The notes beneath the pieces were generated by a model that was not told the origin of the DNA, made no database searches, and saw only the letters and a program-made list of their open reading frames with translations. A DNA stretch of 56,310 nucleotides from Fibrobacterales bacterium (GTDB taxonomy: Bacteria > Fibrobacterota > Fibrobacteria > Fibrobacterales > JAOPTW01), in the NCBI GenBank assembly GCA_051532055.1, contig JAOPTX010000002.1, positions 1-56,310 of the forward strand, given 5' to 3'. Shown here one piece after another: positions 1 through 9,672 of this stretch; the stretch's first letter is position 1; the number at the start of each line of letters is the position of its first letter. Position numbers and translations under genes: made by a program.

Positions 1-211
1 ACCTAAACCACCCATAATTAGGCTTATTTTACGTTTCCGAACGGAACTAGAACACCTGAAAATGCAATGAATTTAGTTTTTTTATGTGTAACTCAATTAT
101 ATGCTAGTACACTTGAAGACTTGATTTTGCACCTTTTTTATACCCTGTCAGGGTGAGGCACTTCTACTCGCAGTGCACTACTCGAACTGAAGCTCTCCTA
201 TCTGATAAACA

Positions 212-254
212 TACTTATAATAAATGCCAGACAAGCTGGCTTTTATTATAAGTA
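212..254 (-). terminator. Intrinsic terminator-like hairpin
   Basis: TACTTATAATAAATGCCAG-acaag-CTGGCTTTTATTATAAGTA, 19-bp arms with one mismatch, downstream of the CotH gene. Confidence 0.7.
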
Positions 255-259
255 CCCGC

Positions 260-278
260 TCCTGAACGAACTTCGAAC
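260..278. repeat. 19-bp direct repeat copy 1 (att-like)
   Basis: TCCTGAACGAACTTCGAAC, identical to 10785-10803. Confidence 0.85.
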
Positions 279-280
279 CA

Positions 281-1930
281 TTATGGCGCATTGTCATTTT
301 GATCTACTAGAAGACCATGAAGTATTTCGTTCAAATCAATAGACCTTTTCATCTTCTCTAAATCACGTTCACGCTGATCTAAAATATCCTGATAATTGTC
401 GATTGCATTTTTCCACATAGGTATAGTATGTGCTTTATATGGATACCCACCTTGATCAGGCCAGATGACATCGGTACCTATTGGAAAAGTCTCAGCGATT
501 TCTTCCATTACTGGCCGTATCTGTTCTATCCACCTAGTGAGAACTTCATGACGCCGTGACACCACTCTCTCTTCTATATCTACAAAAGCAGCGACATATT
601 CTTCTTGAAAACAAAACCAAGCTTTAGTAAAACGCGCGGTTGTTTCATCAGGGCACCCCGGGTACCCCCCACCATCAGTCCATAAAATACCCTTAGTCGC
701 AAGCCCACGCATAAAATCAACGTATTCTGGCATATCAACATCCCAGGGAATCATAATGATCCTTTCTGTTTTTGGGAGTACAGCCCAATAGGTATTGTGA
801 CCACTATCCCACGCCCCCAGGTAGGGACCATCCCAATCAAACACCGTAGTAGCGGTGACCACCTGACGCGCAATAAAGTCACGCATCCCCCAGCGCTCTA
901 AAAATTCTGCAAGTGTGTTTTCCTGAGTGCCGGCAGTCTCAAGATCACTTTCAAAAGCCCTCACAACACTATGATCCGCCTCTTCTTCATTTGTTTTAAG
1001 AAACTCATTCAAAAGAGCATCAGTGGTCATCAGATCATCATCAAGTGGCCAGTAATGTTTATACACATTTCCTTCATCATCATTGAGATGATACCGAGTG
1101 AAACGACCATCTATCTGTTCAACTACAAGAAAAAGTCCTTCCAGTTCTCCATTAATCATCAATTTGGCATGTACTGCCCGCGAAGCCGCAACCCCCATCT
1201 CTCGATATGCCCAATAGGCAAAACGTTCAGATAAACGAGATTGACTATGGCTCATCGAATGGAACTGTAATTTTTTTAATCCATAAAAGAGGCGGTCAGG
1301 ATGACTATCAGTATTGAATTTTACTTTCATTGAAAGATTGCATATTTTTGTTTTTTCTCCACAGGGTGACCAAGCACCTTTCGACCCTTTATAGCGTACA
1401 AGAATATTGTCTATCGTATCACCACGAAACACCAGTGCAGCAGGAACATACTCCTCTCTTTTCGGTTCTTCATCTAAGTATGACAAATCCTCAGGCTCTA
1501 TTAATAATTCATAAGTATGGAGATATTCATGATGATAGATAAATCGTGTTGAATCTCGCCAATCTTCTGTCGACAACAATGCCTCACCTGACAACAATTC
1601 ACGTTCACAATTTTCGCTTCGAAGTATTCCTTCAATTGAAATATTTTCTGAGTAACATCGTCTACTTGTACCTTCAGCCGAGTATTCATTCCTCTGTTTC
1701 TGCTCAGAGCTTGGTTCTCTGTTCTCAGCATCCCTTTGGTCTTGAGAATATGTAGTTTCTACTGACTGTTCTGTTTCATTACTACTCATATCATCCTGAG
1801 CATATGCGTGTGACGACTCATTACTTTCTGGTGATGCAGCTGAATCGGAACACCCGTATAAGAATCCGATGACACCTATCAGAAAAATTAACCTATGAAC
1901 ATACATACCACAAACCACCCATCTCATCAA
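281..1930 (-). CDS. CotH-family kinase lipoprotein
   Basis: Lipobox LYGC, Ser/Glu-rich linker, CotH motifs RYKGS, KVKF, ING..GL..VEQID, HNTY, IPWDVD. Exact start uncertain. Confidence 0.85.
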   Translation of the reverse strand: MMRWVVCGMYVHRLIFLIGVIGFLYGCSDSAASPESNESSHAYAQDDMSSNETEQSVETTYSQDQRDAENREPSSEQKQRNEYSAEGTSRRCYSENISIEGILRSENCERELLSGEALLSTEDWRDSTRFIYHHEYLHTYELLIEPEDLSYLDEEPKREEYVPAALVFRGDTIDNILVRYKGSKGAWSPCGEKTKICNLSMKVKFNTDSHPDRLFYGLKKLQFHSMSHSQSRLSERFAYWAYREMGVAASRAVHAKLMINGELEGLFLVVEQIDGRFTRYHLNDDEGNVYKHYWPLDDDLMTTDALLNEFLKTNEEEADHSVVRAFESDLETAGTQENTLAEFLERWGMRDFIARQVVTATTVFDWDGPYLGAWDSGHNTYWAVLPKTERIIMIPWDVDMPEYVDFMRGLATKGILWTDGGGYPGCPDETTARFTKAWFCFQEEYVAAFVDIEERVVSRRHEVLTRWIEQIRPVMEEIAETFPIGTDVIWPDQGGYPYKAHTIPMWKNAIDNYQDILDQRERDLEKMKRSIDLNEILHGLLVDQNDNAP

Positions 1931-1936
1931 AAACCA

Positions 1937-3466
1937 TTATTCCAGACCACTCCGCCACTCTGTAACAATTCTTTCACTTTCTACCAGTGCTGCTCTCAAA
2001 TCATCAACAGCATCCTGCCACTGCTCCATTGTGAGCGCTCCCCTAGGAAACTTTTCGCCTTTTTCATTTGTAGCACCATGAATATCAAAGACCTCCTGGG
2101 TTACTTCTTCAATTTGAGTTTCCCACTTATCAATTTTAGAACTAACCTGTGGATACACTTCATCAAGCAGTTTATCCAGAGTAGCCTTTACTTCATCAGG
2201 ATAACAGAGCCAGTATCTTTGAAGTTTATTCTCAACCGGACTATTGCAATTCAGAGCTTGCGCTACTTCCTCAACACTCATTGCGCCATTGGTCCGTTCA
2301 CCTTTTCTTCCCGACAAACTGATTATTGCATTATCAGCATCCCATGGAATTGAATAAATTTTCTGTTCTGTAGTATCAGAATACCAATATGAATTATGGT
2401 GGGTATACTTATATCTAATATACGGACTATCCCAATGCCCCACAGCCATTGAAGTAATTACAGTTCTTACCGTCAACGGCACATCCATCCATGTTGCAAT
2501 CACCTCTTTTATTGCATCACCATCCTCAGCAGCATCGAGTTCTTCTTCAAATGTCTGCCATTGTGTGTAGACCGGATCTTCATCCTCATTTGTTTTTAAT
2601 ACATTAAAGAGTGTGGTATCTTCTGAGAGTACACCCTCTTGAAGTATCATATTATTCTTATAAATATTGCCTTCACCATCTTCCCAACGCTCTCTAGTGA
2701 AACGACCATCTATCTGTTCCACCAGTGCATAGAGTCCATTCAATTCTCCATTAATCAAGACTCGCGCATGTACAGACCGTGGAGCAGGGTTACCCATAGC
2801 ATTATGAAACCAATAAACCACTCGCTCTCTCATCTGGCTTTTGTGCCAATGCATATGGTGAAACTGTAACTTTTTCAGTCCAAAGAATTTTCGATCCGGA
2901 TCTGTTTCAGTATTAAACTTTACCTTGGTTGAAAGTTTAATACAACTATTGGGCCCCGGCGGCCACGGTGAGCCATTTTCATTATTCGTACAGGGATACC
3001 ACGCACCAGTTGAGCCTTTATACCGCACCTGCACATCTTTAATCGTATCTCCTTCAAAAACAAGATCTGCATATTCATAGACCTCATCTTGGGGGACTGA
3101 ATCTATATGCCAGAGAGCATCGGGATCGATTAAAATATTATAAGTACGCAATTCGTCATCATCAAAGATATAAGCGCTATCCCCATCAAGTTCAGGTAAT
3201 TCAAAGGGATCACCAGTATTATATTCCTTTGGTTTATTGGAACCTTCTGATTTTCTTTCGGAAGAGGATAATTCTTCTAGATTATCTCCAGAGGATTCAT
3301 TCTCTTCATCAGAAGCATTCTCATCTGCTGATGAAGAAGGAGAGGCATTGTCTGCACTACTCACCCCTCCCCCCTCATTTAGATTAGTTTCCTGTATTGT
3401 ATTCTCACTACATCCAAACACAACTGCAGAAACTACTATTCCTAATACTATTTTTATTAAACTCAA
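1937..3466 (-). CDS. CotH-family kinase lipoprotein (paralog of 281-1930)
   Basis: Same CotH motifs (RYKGS, VEQIDGRFTR, HNSY, IPWDAD) and lipobox VFGC. Start re-called at TTG 3466 behind GGAGGT; the ORF-track ATG at 3523 lies in the decayed tail of the upstream gene. Confidence 0.85.
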   Translation of the reverse strand: MSLIKIVLGIVVSAVVFGCSENTIQETNLNEGGGVSSADNASPSSSADENASDEENESSGDNLEELSSSERKSEGSNKPKEYNTGDPFELPELDGDSAYIFDDDELRTYNILIDPDALWHIDSVPQDEVYEYADLVFEGDTIKDVQVRYKGSTGAWYPCTNNENGSPWPPGPNSCIKLSTKVKFNTETDPDRKFFGLKKLQFHHMHWHKSQMRERVVYWFHNAMGNPAPRSVHARVLINGELNGLYALVEQIDGRFTRERWEDGEGNIYKNNMILQEGVLSEDTTLFNVLKTNEDEDPVYTQWQTFEEELDAAEDGDAIKEVIATWMDVPLTVRTVITSMAVGHWDSPYIRYKYTHHNSYWYSDTTEQKIYSIPWDADNAIISLSGRKGERTNGAMSVEEVAQALNCNSPVENKLQRYWLCYPDEVKATLDKLLDEVYPQVSSKIDKWETQIEEVTQEVFDIHGATNEKGEKFPRGALTMEQWQDAVDDLRAALVESERIVTEWRSGLE

Positions 3467-3544
3467 CGAGCCACCTCCACTATACCTACACGCCAACTGT
3501 GAAATATTATTTCTCAAGTTCATCTTCCTCTACTTCATCTTTAG

Positions 3545-3947
3545 AAGTATCCCCCCACCTAAATCTTTTTCCTCTTCTGCTTATTCAGATTCCTTCAATT
3601 TTACCCACTCCTCCCAAGTGAGGTCTTTATCATCTTCAGAAGCATCACCACCATCTAAATCTTTTTCCTCTTCTGCTTCTTCTACTTTTTCAGATTCTTT
3701 CAATTTTTTCCACTCTTCCCAAGTGAGGTCTTTATCATCTTCAGAAGCATCACCACCACCTAAATCTTTTTCCTCTTCTGCTTCTTCTACTTTTTCAGAT
3801 TCTTTCAATTTTTTCCACTCTTCCCAAGTGAGGTCTTTATCATCTTCAGAAGCATCACCACCATCTAAATCTTTTTCCTCTTCTGCTTCTTCTACTTTTT
3901 CAGATTCTTTCATTTTTTCCCACTCTTCCCAAGTGAGGTCTTTGTCA
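3545..3947 (-). repeat. 105-bp coding tandem repeat (35 aa, DKDLTWEEWKKLKESEKVEEAEEEKDLxGGDASED), about 4 copies
   Basis: Anchor CACTC(T/C)TCCCAAGTGAGGTC at 3606, 3711, 3816 and 3921. Confidence 0.9.
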
Positions 3948-4465
3948 TATTTTTCTTCATCCTGAGTTTCATCGACTGGATCTACATCCTTTTCTTCGTC
4001 TTTAGGTTCATTAACTGGATCTACATCCTTTTCTTCATCTTGAGATTCATCAACTGGGTCTGCATCTTTTTCTTCATCGCTAGATTTATCAACTAGGTCT
4101 GCATCTTTTTCTTCATCGTTAGATTTATCAACTAGGTCTGCATCTTTTGCAGCATCATCAGCATCTGTATTAATATCACCTTTGGTATCTGAATTATCCT
4201 GTGTATCTAATTTATCACTGCTCTTATCGGATTCCTTATTTTCTAAATAGTCTCTCCAATTATCAGTTCCAGCGCTTTTTTTCTGATCTTGTAATACATC
4301 ATGATTAACAGGAATAGAGTCTTGTGCGTCATTCCCTTCCGTTTGCCCTTCGACTGTATCATCTCCCTCAACCTTATGGATCGATGGTAACGTTGATGAA
4401 TCGCTACAGGCTAAAAAAAGAGGTGTTACTATTATAGCCATAAAAAGTATGAGTATGTAATTCAT
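3581..4465 (-). CDS. Highly acidic tandem-repeat lipoprotein, probably 3'-truncated
   Basis: Lipobox FLAC, 13-aa and 35-aa repeats. The repeat sequence continues past the TAA. Confidence 0.75.
   Translation of the reverse strand: MNYILILFMAIIVTPLFLACSDSSTLPSIHKVEGDDTVEGQTEGNDAQDSIPVNHDVLQDQKKSAGTDNWRDYLENKESDKSSDKLDTQDNSDTKGDINTDADDAAKDADLVDKSNDEEKDADLVDKSSDEEKDADPVDESQDEEKDVDPVNEPKDEEKDVDPVDETQDEEKYDKDLTWEEWEKMKESEKVEEAEEEKDLDGGDASEDDKDLTWEEWKKLKESEKVEEAEEEKDLGGGDASEDDKDLTWEEWKKLKESEKVEEAEEEKDLDGGDASEDDKDLTWEEWVKLKESE
3950..4146 (-). repeat. 39-bp coding tandem repeat (13 aa, D(A/V)D(L/P)VDxxxDEEK), 5 copies
   Basis: Visible in both translation and DNA. Boundaries approximate. Confidence 0.85.
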
Positions 4466-4505
4466 AAGTATGTCCTTTTATTGTTGTGTGAAATCTATTA
4501 CAGTA

Positions 4506-4967
4506 TTATGGCACCCGGTACAGCGTATCATATACTATGACCGAATCTTTTTTGCGCATTTTTGAAAAAATCAGCATCTCTCTATAGAGTGCAACAATAT
4601 CCTTCTCTGTTCCAGGCACTCCAATACCAATTGAGTTATTAGGATCACAATTAAGATACAATACCGATCCATTCGATTCGGTAACAATGGTATTTGAATC
4701 CGTTAGGTGATAGAAGAAATTCCGTTCACCGATTAAGCAATATTTTCTCAGCTCTTTTTCAAACTGTATTATCTCTACATGTAATGAATCATCAGTAAAT
4801 GAATAATACGTTGTGTCATCCACCGTACCATCTATTGCATAGTTTATTTCATAATAAGTTCCATTCTCAATTGCATTTAGTGGAATGGCGCTTTTTTCTT
4901 CTTGAGATGCGTTTTCAAAGATGCAACCACACACAATAAATACAACAAGTGCTACAATTAATTTCAT
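4506..4967 (-). CDS. Hypothetical lipoprotein
   Basis: Signal peptide with VCGC lipobox, AAGGA upstream. Confidence 0.7.
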   Translation of the reverse strand: MKLIVALVVFIVCGCIFENASQEEKSAIPLNAIENGTYYEINYAIDGTVDDTTYYSFTDDSLHVEIIQFEKELRKYCLIGERNFFYHLTDSNTIVTESNGSVLYLNCDPNNSIGIGVPGTEKDIVALYREMLIFSKMRKKDSVIVYDTLYRVP

Positions 4968-5065
4968 TATTTTTTCCTTTTATTTTTATTTATAAACTCT
5001 AAGTCTGCCCAAGGTCAAATCATAACGAGGCTGGGGAATTTTGTTTATTTAACCCAGGGACAGAC

Positions 5066-8000
5066 TTATAACTCTTCACATTCTTCTGTTGCTTCGTGAC
5101 GTACCACCCCCATTGTTCTGGAAACGGAATGTTTTTCACCAGAGGCAAAATGGTAGTTCACTTTCCACATATAGATCCCGGCCGCAACATTCCGATCTTT
5201 GGTGTCTTTCAAGTCCCACATGAGATCATTAATAAACACACCTGCCTGATTTGATTGTCTTTGCCGATCTTCATTTTCAAACTCACCGCAATACCCAAAG
5301 TACTGGGTCCACTGAGCTACAAATTGACCGATATTATCAAACACAGTTACATCAGCACGGTATGGCCCATCAAGTATTCCTGTTACGGTAGCCATTGACG
5401 CATAGCACCCAAACTGAAACTCCTTTTCTTCCTCATTGTCATCATCAGAACATTCTGCATTGCCTTCACTATCAAATGTTATGTCCGTACCAACTGGAGT
5501 CACCCATGTTTCTCCAAGGGGAACATCAATACTATATTCTTCTTCTATAAGCTCACCGGAGTCATCATACAGAGCTATTGACTCTGATGGAATAGAACTC
5601 CTATTCTCTGAAGAAAGTCCAACCACTACTTCACGAAAATTCATTCTGAGACTTCGTGCTTTTCCCTCTGTTCCTTTGATTTCAACAGATACGTTTTCAG
5701 ATATATTTCCAAAGACATCTACCACCTCAATATCATGGTTTAACATAACCTCATCTCCAACACGTAGTGGGTTTTCGTCAGGGCTATTGTGAATCAAAAC
5801 CATCCATAGCTGAGTACCCTTTAACGCGACAGGTTCTTCAAGCATTTGCAATGTACTTTCATTTTTATCTGTTATATGCCTGAACATTCTGTTTATTTTT
5901 GCATCGATTGGTCTTTCAATTTCTTCGGACAAAGTAATTATGAGTGTATCCGGTGCTATTTTCACAACAACAGAATCATCGGTTTGGACTGCATACCGCT
6001 TAAAATGAGATGGATATTTTATTGCTTCCAAAATCACCGGTCCAACACTGTCTGCAATAGATATTTTTTTCCCATTCATTTCCAGGGTAGGTTCATTATC
6101 ATCATCGGCGGCAGTAATTCCCTGCTCCATTGTTCCTTCGGGGAAATTAATCTCTACTCGTGAACGATCTTCAGTCCCCCACTCATTAGAAACAAACACC
6201 ATATCACCTCTTGTAGCGGTATATTCCTGTGCTCCCTCATGCGGCCAATCAATCGAAGCGATCTCTTCAGGAATCTCATCGAGCTCCATGTCAAACGTAA
6301 CCGTAATCATATCAGCTCGACCATCTGAATCACTATCTCTTATAAAGGCAGATTCAATTTGAGCAATCTGAACTGCTTCAACAACCTCTTCAACCGCCGT
6401 TACTTGTACCGTATCTGGTTCAAGCCCTGAGTACTGAGCAACAACCACAGTCTCTCCACCTGCAACCATTTCAATTTCTGCACTGGTAGCACCATCTGAA
6501 TCTACCTCTGCAACATCCTGATCATCAACCTCCCAATTCAGCGTTTCAGTAAATTCAACAAGATTACCAAATTCGTCTCGCACTACAGCATAGACCATTT
6601 CTGAAGAGTGGTTTTCTCCCAGCATCACTGTTATTTGATCTGCATACTCTTTACGGTTGTCTGTCTCCTGCTTCTTTTGAAGGTCTATCCCATAGGGCGC
6701 CCCTGCCCCAATCGTAACCGTTACCATTTCGGATAATGGACGTTTTGGATATTCAGGATCGACATATTCAACCATCAATTGAATGGTGCGAAAGGCATTG
6801 GTTGCAGTAAATTTCCACACACCTTTGCTGTCTTTAAATAAATCATCCTCTTCAATGTCATCATCGCCAACAATGCTCCAGCTAAAATTATCTGAGTCAG
6901 TTATGTATCTATCATCAAACACATCAAAAACCTGAGCTGCAAGATCAATGGTATCACCAGCTGCAAGCTCACTATCGTCTACCACCAAATAGGCCGGCCC
7001 TGGTGCAATCACTATATCGGGTTGAATCGGTACAATACTCACCTCTGCAAAATCAAAAGTCACATAGGGATCGCCATTAGTCTGAAAAACCGCTTCAAGA
7101 TACGCCTTATGATATCCGTTTTCCATGGTGTAAAAAACATCATCAAACGTAAGTTCTGCATAAGCAGTCTGAATCAATCCATCATTGTCCTCACCCGGCT
7201 TTACTTGATTCTGCATCGTAATGGGTAACTGCATCTCTTTTCCTTTTTGAGTAATAAGATGAAGGGTCGCACCTTTTACATCATAATCCCCAAAAATAAG
7301 GTTAAAATAGAGGGCAGTATCAGGATTGATGAGTCCTTTTTTTACTGAGAAATCAAAAGCAAATACCACCCGTGTATCCCACGTTATTTCAACATCTGTC
7401 CACTGTGAACCACTCGTTCCTGAACCGACCTCTGCGCCTCGAGAGGAGTATTTCATATTTGCTTTTTCTGCACCGTCTCTATTGTCAAACTCATCACCAC
7501 CAGATTTAGTAGTTCCATCTCGGTTCAAATCAGGGATAAAGTCACCACCATAGAGCATGCCTTCACCATCAACATTTAATGGATTTCCTTTATAGTTTTT
7601 CAGGTTCCCACTCATACCATCTCCCCAACCGGTCCCATCCATATCACCAATACGGATATACTTAAAAGGAGTTCCACCAATGGGCTCAAGCAACACAGTG
7701 TTTGAAGTATCTTTTGTATTGTACTCTCCCCACACTTCCATCTCATAGAGTGAATAACCATAGCTGGTAGTACGCTGGGTACAGTTGAGCTTCACAAACT
7801 TTGCGGTTGTTTCACTAAAAGTGATCTCCTTGGTTTCACCACTTGTACCATTGGTAACCTCTGCAACACGCTCCCAATTTGTTAGATCTGTAGAAGTCTC
7901 TATAGTATACGCTTTCGCAGCAGCATCTTCCCAATCCAGAATTACTCTATCTATAGAATAGTTTGCCCCTAAATCGACAATAAGATGAAACGGCCCATCC

Positions 8001-8191
8001 CCTACCTGACTCGCCCAACGGCTATCATTGCCGGTTTTTCCATCAATGGCAAAATGCGGACTATATTCAGGACTCTGATCATTCGTCGCAATCACTTTAT
8101 TTAATGCCAGATTCCTTTCTGCTGCCTGCACAAATGAGATTGTACACAATGCCCCCACTAACATAATACTTTTCATATATCTCTGTATCAT
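5066..8191 (-). CDS. Large secreted protein: N-terminal F5/8 type C (CBM32/discoidin) domain, uncharacterised domain, Ig-like stalk, Fibrobacterota-type C-terminal domain
   Basis: Signal peptide. NLALNK..AIDG..SRWAS..VDLG..WE..YSLYEMEVWG discoidin pattern. D.DSDGRAD stalk motif. VFDNIGQFV..WDLKD..GIYMWK terminus. Confidence 0.75.
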   Translation of the reverse strand: MIQRYMKSIMLVGALCTISFVQAAERNLALNKVIATNDQSPEYSPHFAIDGKTGNDSRWASQVGDGPFHLIVDLGANYSIDRVILDWEDAAAKAYTIETSTDLTNWERVAEVTNGTSGETKEITFSETTAKFVKLNCTQRTTSYGYSLYEMEVWGEYNTKDTSNTVLLEPIGGTPFKYIRIGDMDGTGWGDGMSGNLKNYKGNPLNVDGEGMLYGGDFIPDLNRDGTTKSGGDEFDNRDGAEKANMKYSSRGAEVGSGTSGSQWTDVEITWDTRVVFAFDFSVKKGLINPDTALYFNLIFGDYDVKGATLHLITQKGKEMQLPITMQNQVKPGEDNDGLIQTAYAELTFDDVFYTMENGYHKAYLEAVFQTNGDPYVTFDFAEVSIVPIQPDIVIAPGPAYLVVDDSELAAGDTIDLAAQVFDVFDDRYITDSDNFSWSIVGDDDIEEDDLFKDSKGVWKFTATNAFRTIQLMVEYVDPEYPKRPLSEMVTVTIGAGAPYGIDLQKKQETDNRKEYADQITVMLGENHSSEMVYAVVRDEFGNLVEFTETLNWEVDDQDVAEVDSDGATSAEIEMVAGGETVVVAQYSGLEPDTVQVTAVEEVVEAVQIAQIESAFIRDSDSDGRADMITVTFDMELDEIPEEIASIDWPHEGAQEYTATRGDMVFVSNEWGTEDRSRVEINFPEGTMEQGITAADDDNEPTLEMNGKKISIADSVGPVILEAIKYPSHFKRYAVQTDDSVVVKIAPDTLIITLSEEIERPIDAKINRMFRHITDKNESTLQMLEEPVALKGTQLWMVLIHNSPDENPLRVGDEVMLNHDIEVVDVFGNISENVSVEIKGTEGKARSLRMNFREVVVGLSSENRSSIPSESIALYDDSGELIEEEYSIDVPLGETWVTPVGTDITFDSEGNAECSDDDNEEEKEFQFGCYASMATVTGILDGPYRADVTVFDNIGQFVAQWTQYFGYCGEFENEDRQRQSNQAGVFINDLMWDLKDTKDRNVAAGIYMWKVNYHFASGEKHSVSRTMGVVRHEATEECEEL

Positions 8192-8212
8192 ACTACCCTC
8201 ATTATTTTAAAC

Positions 8213-8236
8213 CGCATGCTCACAGGTGAGCATGCG
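8213..8236. other. Perfect intergenic hairpin upstream of the RBS of 5066-8191
   Basis: CGCATGCTCAC-ag-GTGAGCATGCG. Confidence 0.6.
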
Positions 8237-8328
8237 AGAGAACATCAAAATCATCTTTTGAAATTTTATTCACTCAATGTATTGAAGAATCCCTAAGTGT
8301 CTTCCTGGCTCTGTTGTGTTGTGTCCAC

Positions 8329-9672
8329 CTATTCTGTGTCTATAGCGAGCCAATCTATAGAATCAATATTAAAATTCCCAATTGTATTAGTTGAGAAACT
8401 GACATTCTTTAGTCGGGTAAATAATTCTAGAATAGAGCTCTCCGGCTCAACACTAATCCCCTCTGATGTTTTAAATTGTAAGTCGTTGAGCGAAAGGCTA
8501 ATTTCGTTCCAAACGTCCTCATCATCCTCATCTTTTTCACCTATAGACACCTGAAATACTCCCATAAACGATTCGTTCATTTCCGGGGTATCTGCGGATC
8601 CAAAATAAAAACGTACCGTAATATCGGTCTCACCTTTACAATAAAAACGGAGATGAGTAAACTCTGAAACATCTACGAGAGTATCATCAAATCTTGAGAT
8701 TATTCCCCGTATTATATAATCAGTATTATCTAATTTGACAGATACTCCACTCCCTTCAAATCCCTGAGCAATGGTAACATCCGTTTGATTTTTCCCTATA
8801 TTATCATCTATTGGATGATACCAGGTATTAGAATGTAACTGTATATACCAGGTAAAATTACGCGTACCACCGATTGACCCAAACCAATCCCCATCATTAA
8901 AGGAGTCAAATTCAGTAACCACCGTGTCGGGTACGGCTACTGCAGTAGTATCACTTGTGTCTGCAGGGTCTGTCACTTCAAGGCTATCACCAGTATCAAC
9001 GGAATCTTTCACCTCCACCGTATCATTCTCTGTACCGTTATCAGGTGTGGTATCCAATACCTCAGCAAAAGGCGTATGAGATACCGCAACCTGAATCACT
9101 GAATCAGAAAGTCTATGGAATGCTGCGTTATGGGGAGGAATCGCGAAGAATTGAACATTCTCCGGCAGCACTCCATAAAATTCAACGGTACCAGAATCAC
9201 TTACACTGAGTGAGTGTCTGGTTTCATAGATCGCAAGAGATTTGCCAAAATAAGTAGTATCGGTTAGAGTGAGCCGGTACCACTTCTTAGGTGCTACCGT
9301 AACCTGATTGTGCTTGATAGCTGCATCCGCAGGATCAATACCACTCACTTGGGCGGCGAATGAATCCAGTGCAACTTCAATAGCAACCGTCTCTTGAGTA
9401 TAACTATTTAAGGTGTAGTTTCCTATAGAATCGGTAACGGTGCTATCAAGTACAACTGACGCTCCGTCATTTTGTGCTTGAAGCCAATTGGCTGATTTAA
9501 CTAGATAGACCGAAGCATTCTGCTGAGGCTGGCCGGAGGAATCGACCACTATTCCCGCTATTGCATTTGGAAAGTCTGTTGAGTCCCCACTTTGATCAAG
9601 GTCCGCATCACTCAGGCTACACCCCATAACCATAAGTACCCACAATACATGTGCGACGAAATACTGTCTCAT
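8329..9672 (-). CDS. Lipoprotein with carboxypeptidase-regulatory-like N-domain and a possible C-terminal carbohydrate-binding (CBM11/CIA30-like) domain
   Basis: Lipobox VMGC, IAGIVVDSSGQP..ASVYL, DVSEFTHLRFYCKG..WNEISLSL..IDSI. Overlaps the TIGR02147 gene by 4 nt. Confidence 0.6.
   Translation of the reverse strand: MRQYFVAHVLWVLMVMGCSLSDADLDQSGDSTDFPNAIAGIVVDSSGQPQQNASVYLVKSANWLQAQNDGASVVLDSTVTDSIGNYTLNSYTQETVAIEVALDSFAAQVSGIDPADAAIKHNQVTVAPKKWYRLTLTDTTYFGKSLAIYETRHSLSVSDSGTVEFYGVLPENVQFFAIPPHNAAFHRLSDSVIQVAVSHTPFAEVLDTTPDNGTENDTVEVKDSVDTGDSLEVTDPADTSDTTAVAVPDTVVTEFDSFNDGDWFGSIGGTRNFTWYIQLHSNTWYHPIDDNIGKNQTDVTIAQGFEGSGVSVKLDNTDYIIRGIISRFDDTLVDVSEFTHLRFYCKGETDITVRFYFGSADTPEMNESFMGVFQVSIGEKDEDDEDVWNEISLSLNDLQFKTSEGISVEPESSILELFTRLKNVSFSTNTIGNFNIDSIDWLAIDTE

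Noticed and set aside
133..191. Possible third att relic (TCGAACTGAA at 182-191; CTTTTTTATACCC at 133-145 matching 10744-10756 inverted)
   Set aside because: The matches are short, AT-rich and not in the same arrangement as the two 19-mers.
3237..3965. 242-aa Ser/Phe-rich + strand ORF
   Set aside because: Antisense shadow of the Glu/Lys/Asp repeat gene, with no independent signals.
3545..4146. Tandem repeats as a CRISPR array
   Set aside because: Periods are multiples of 3 and in frame, there are no unique spacers, and no cas genes are present.
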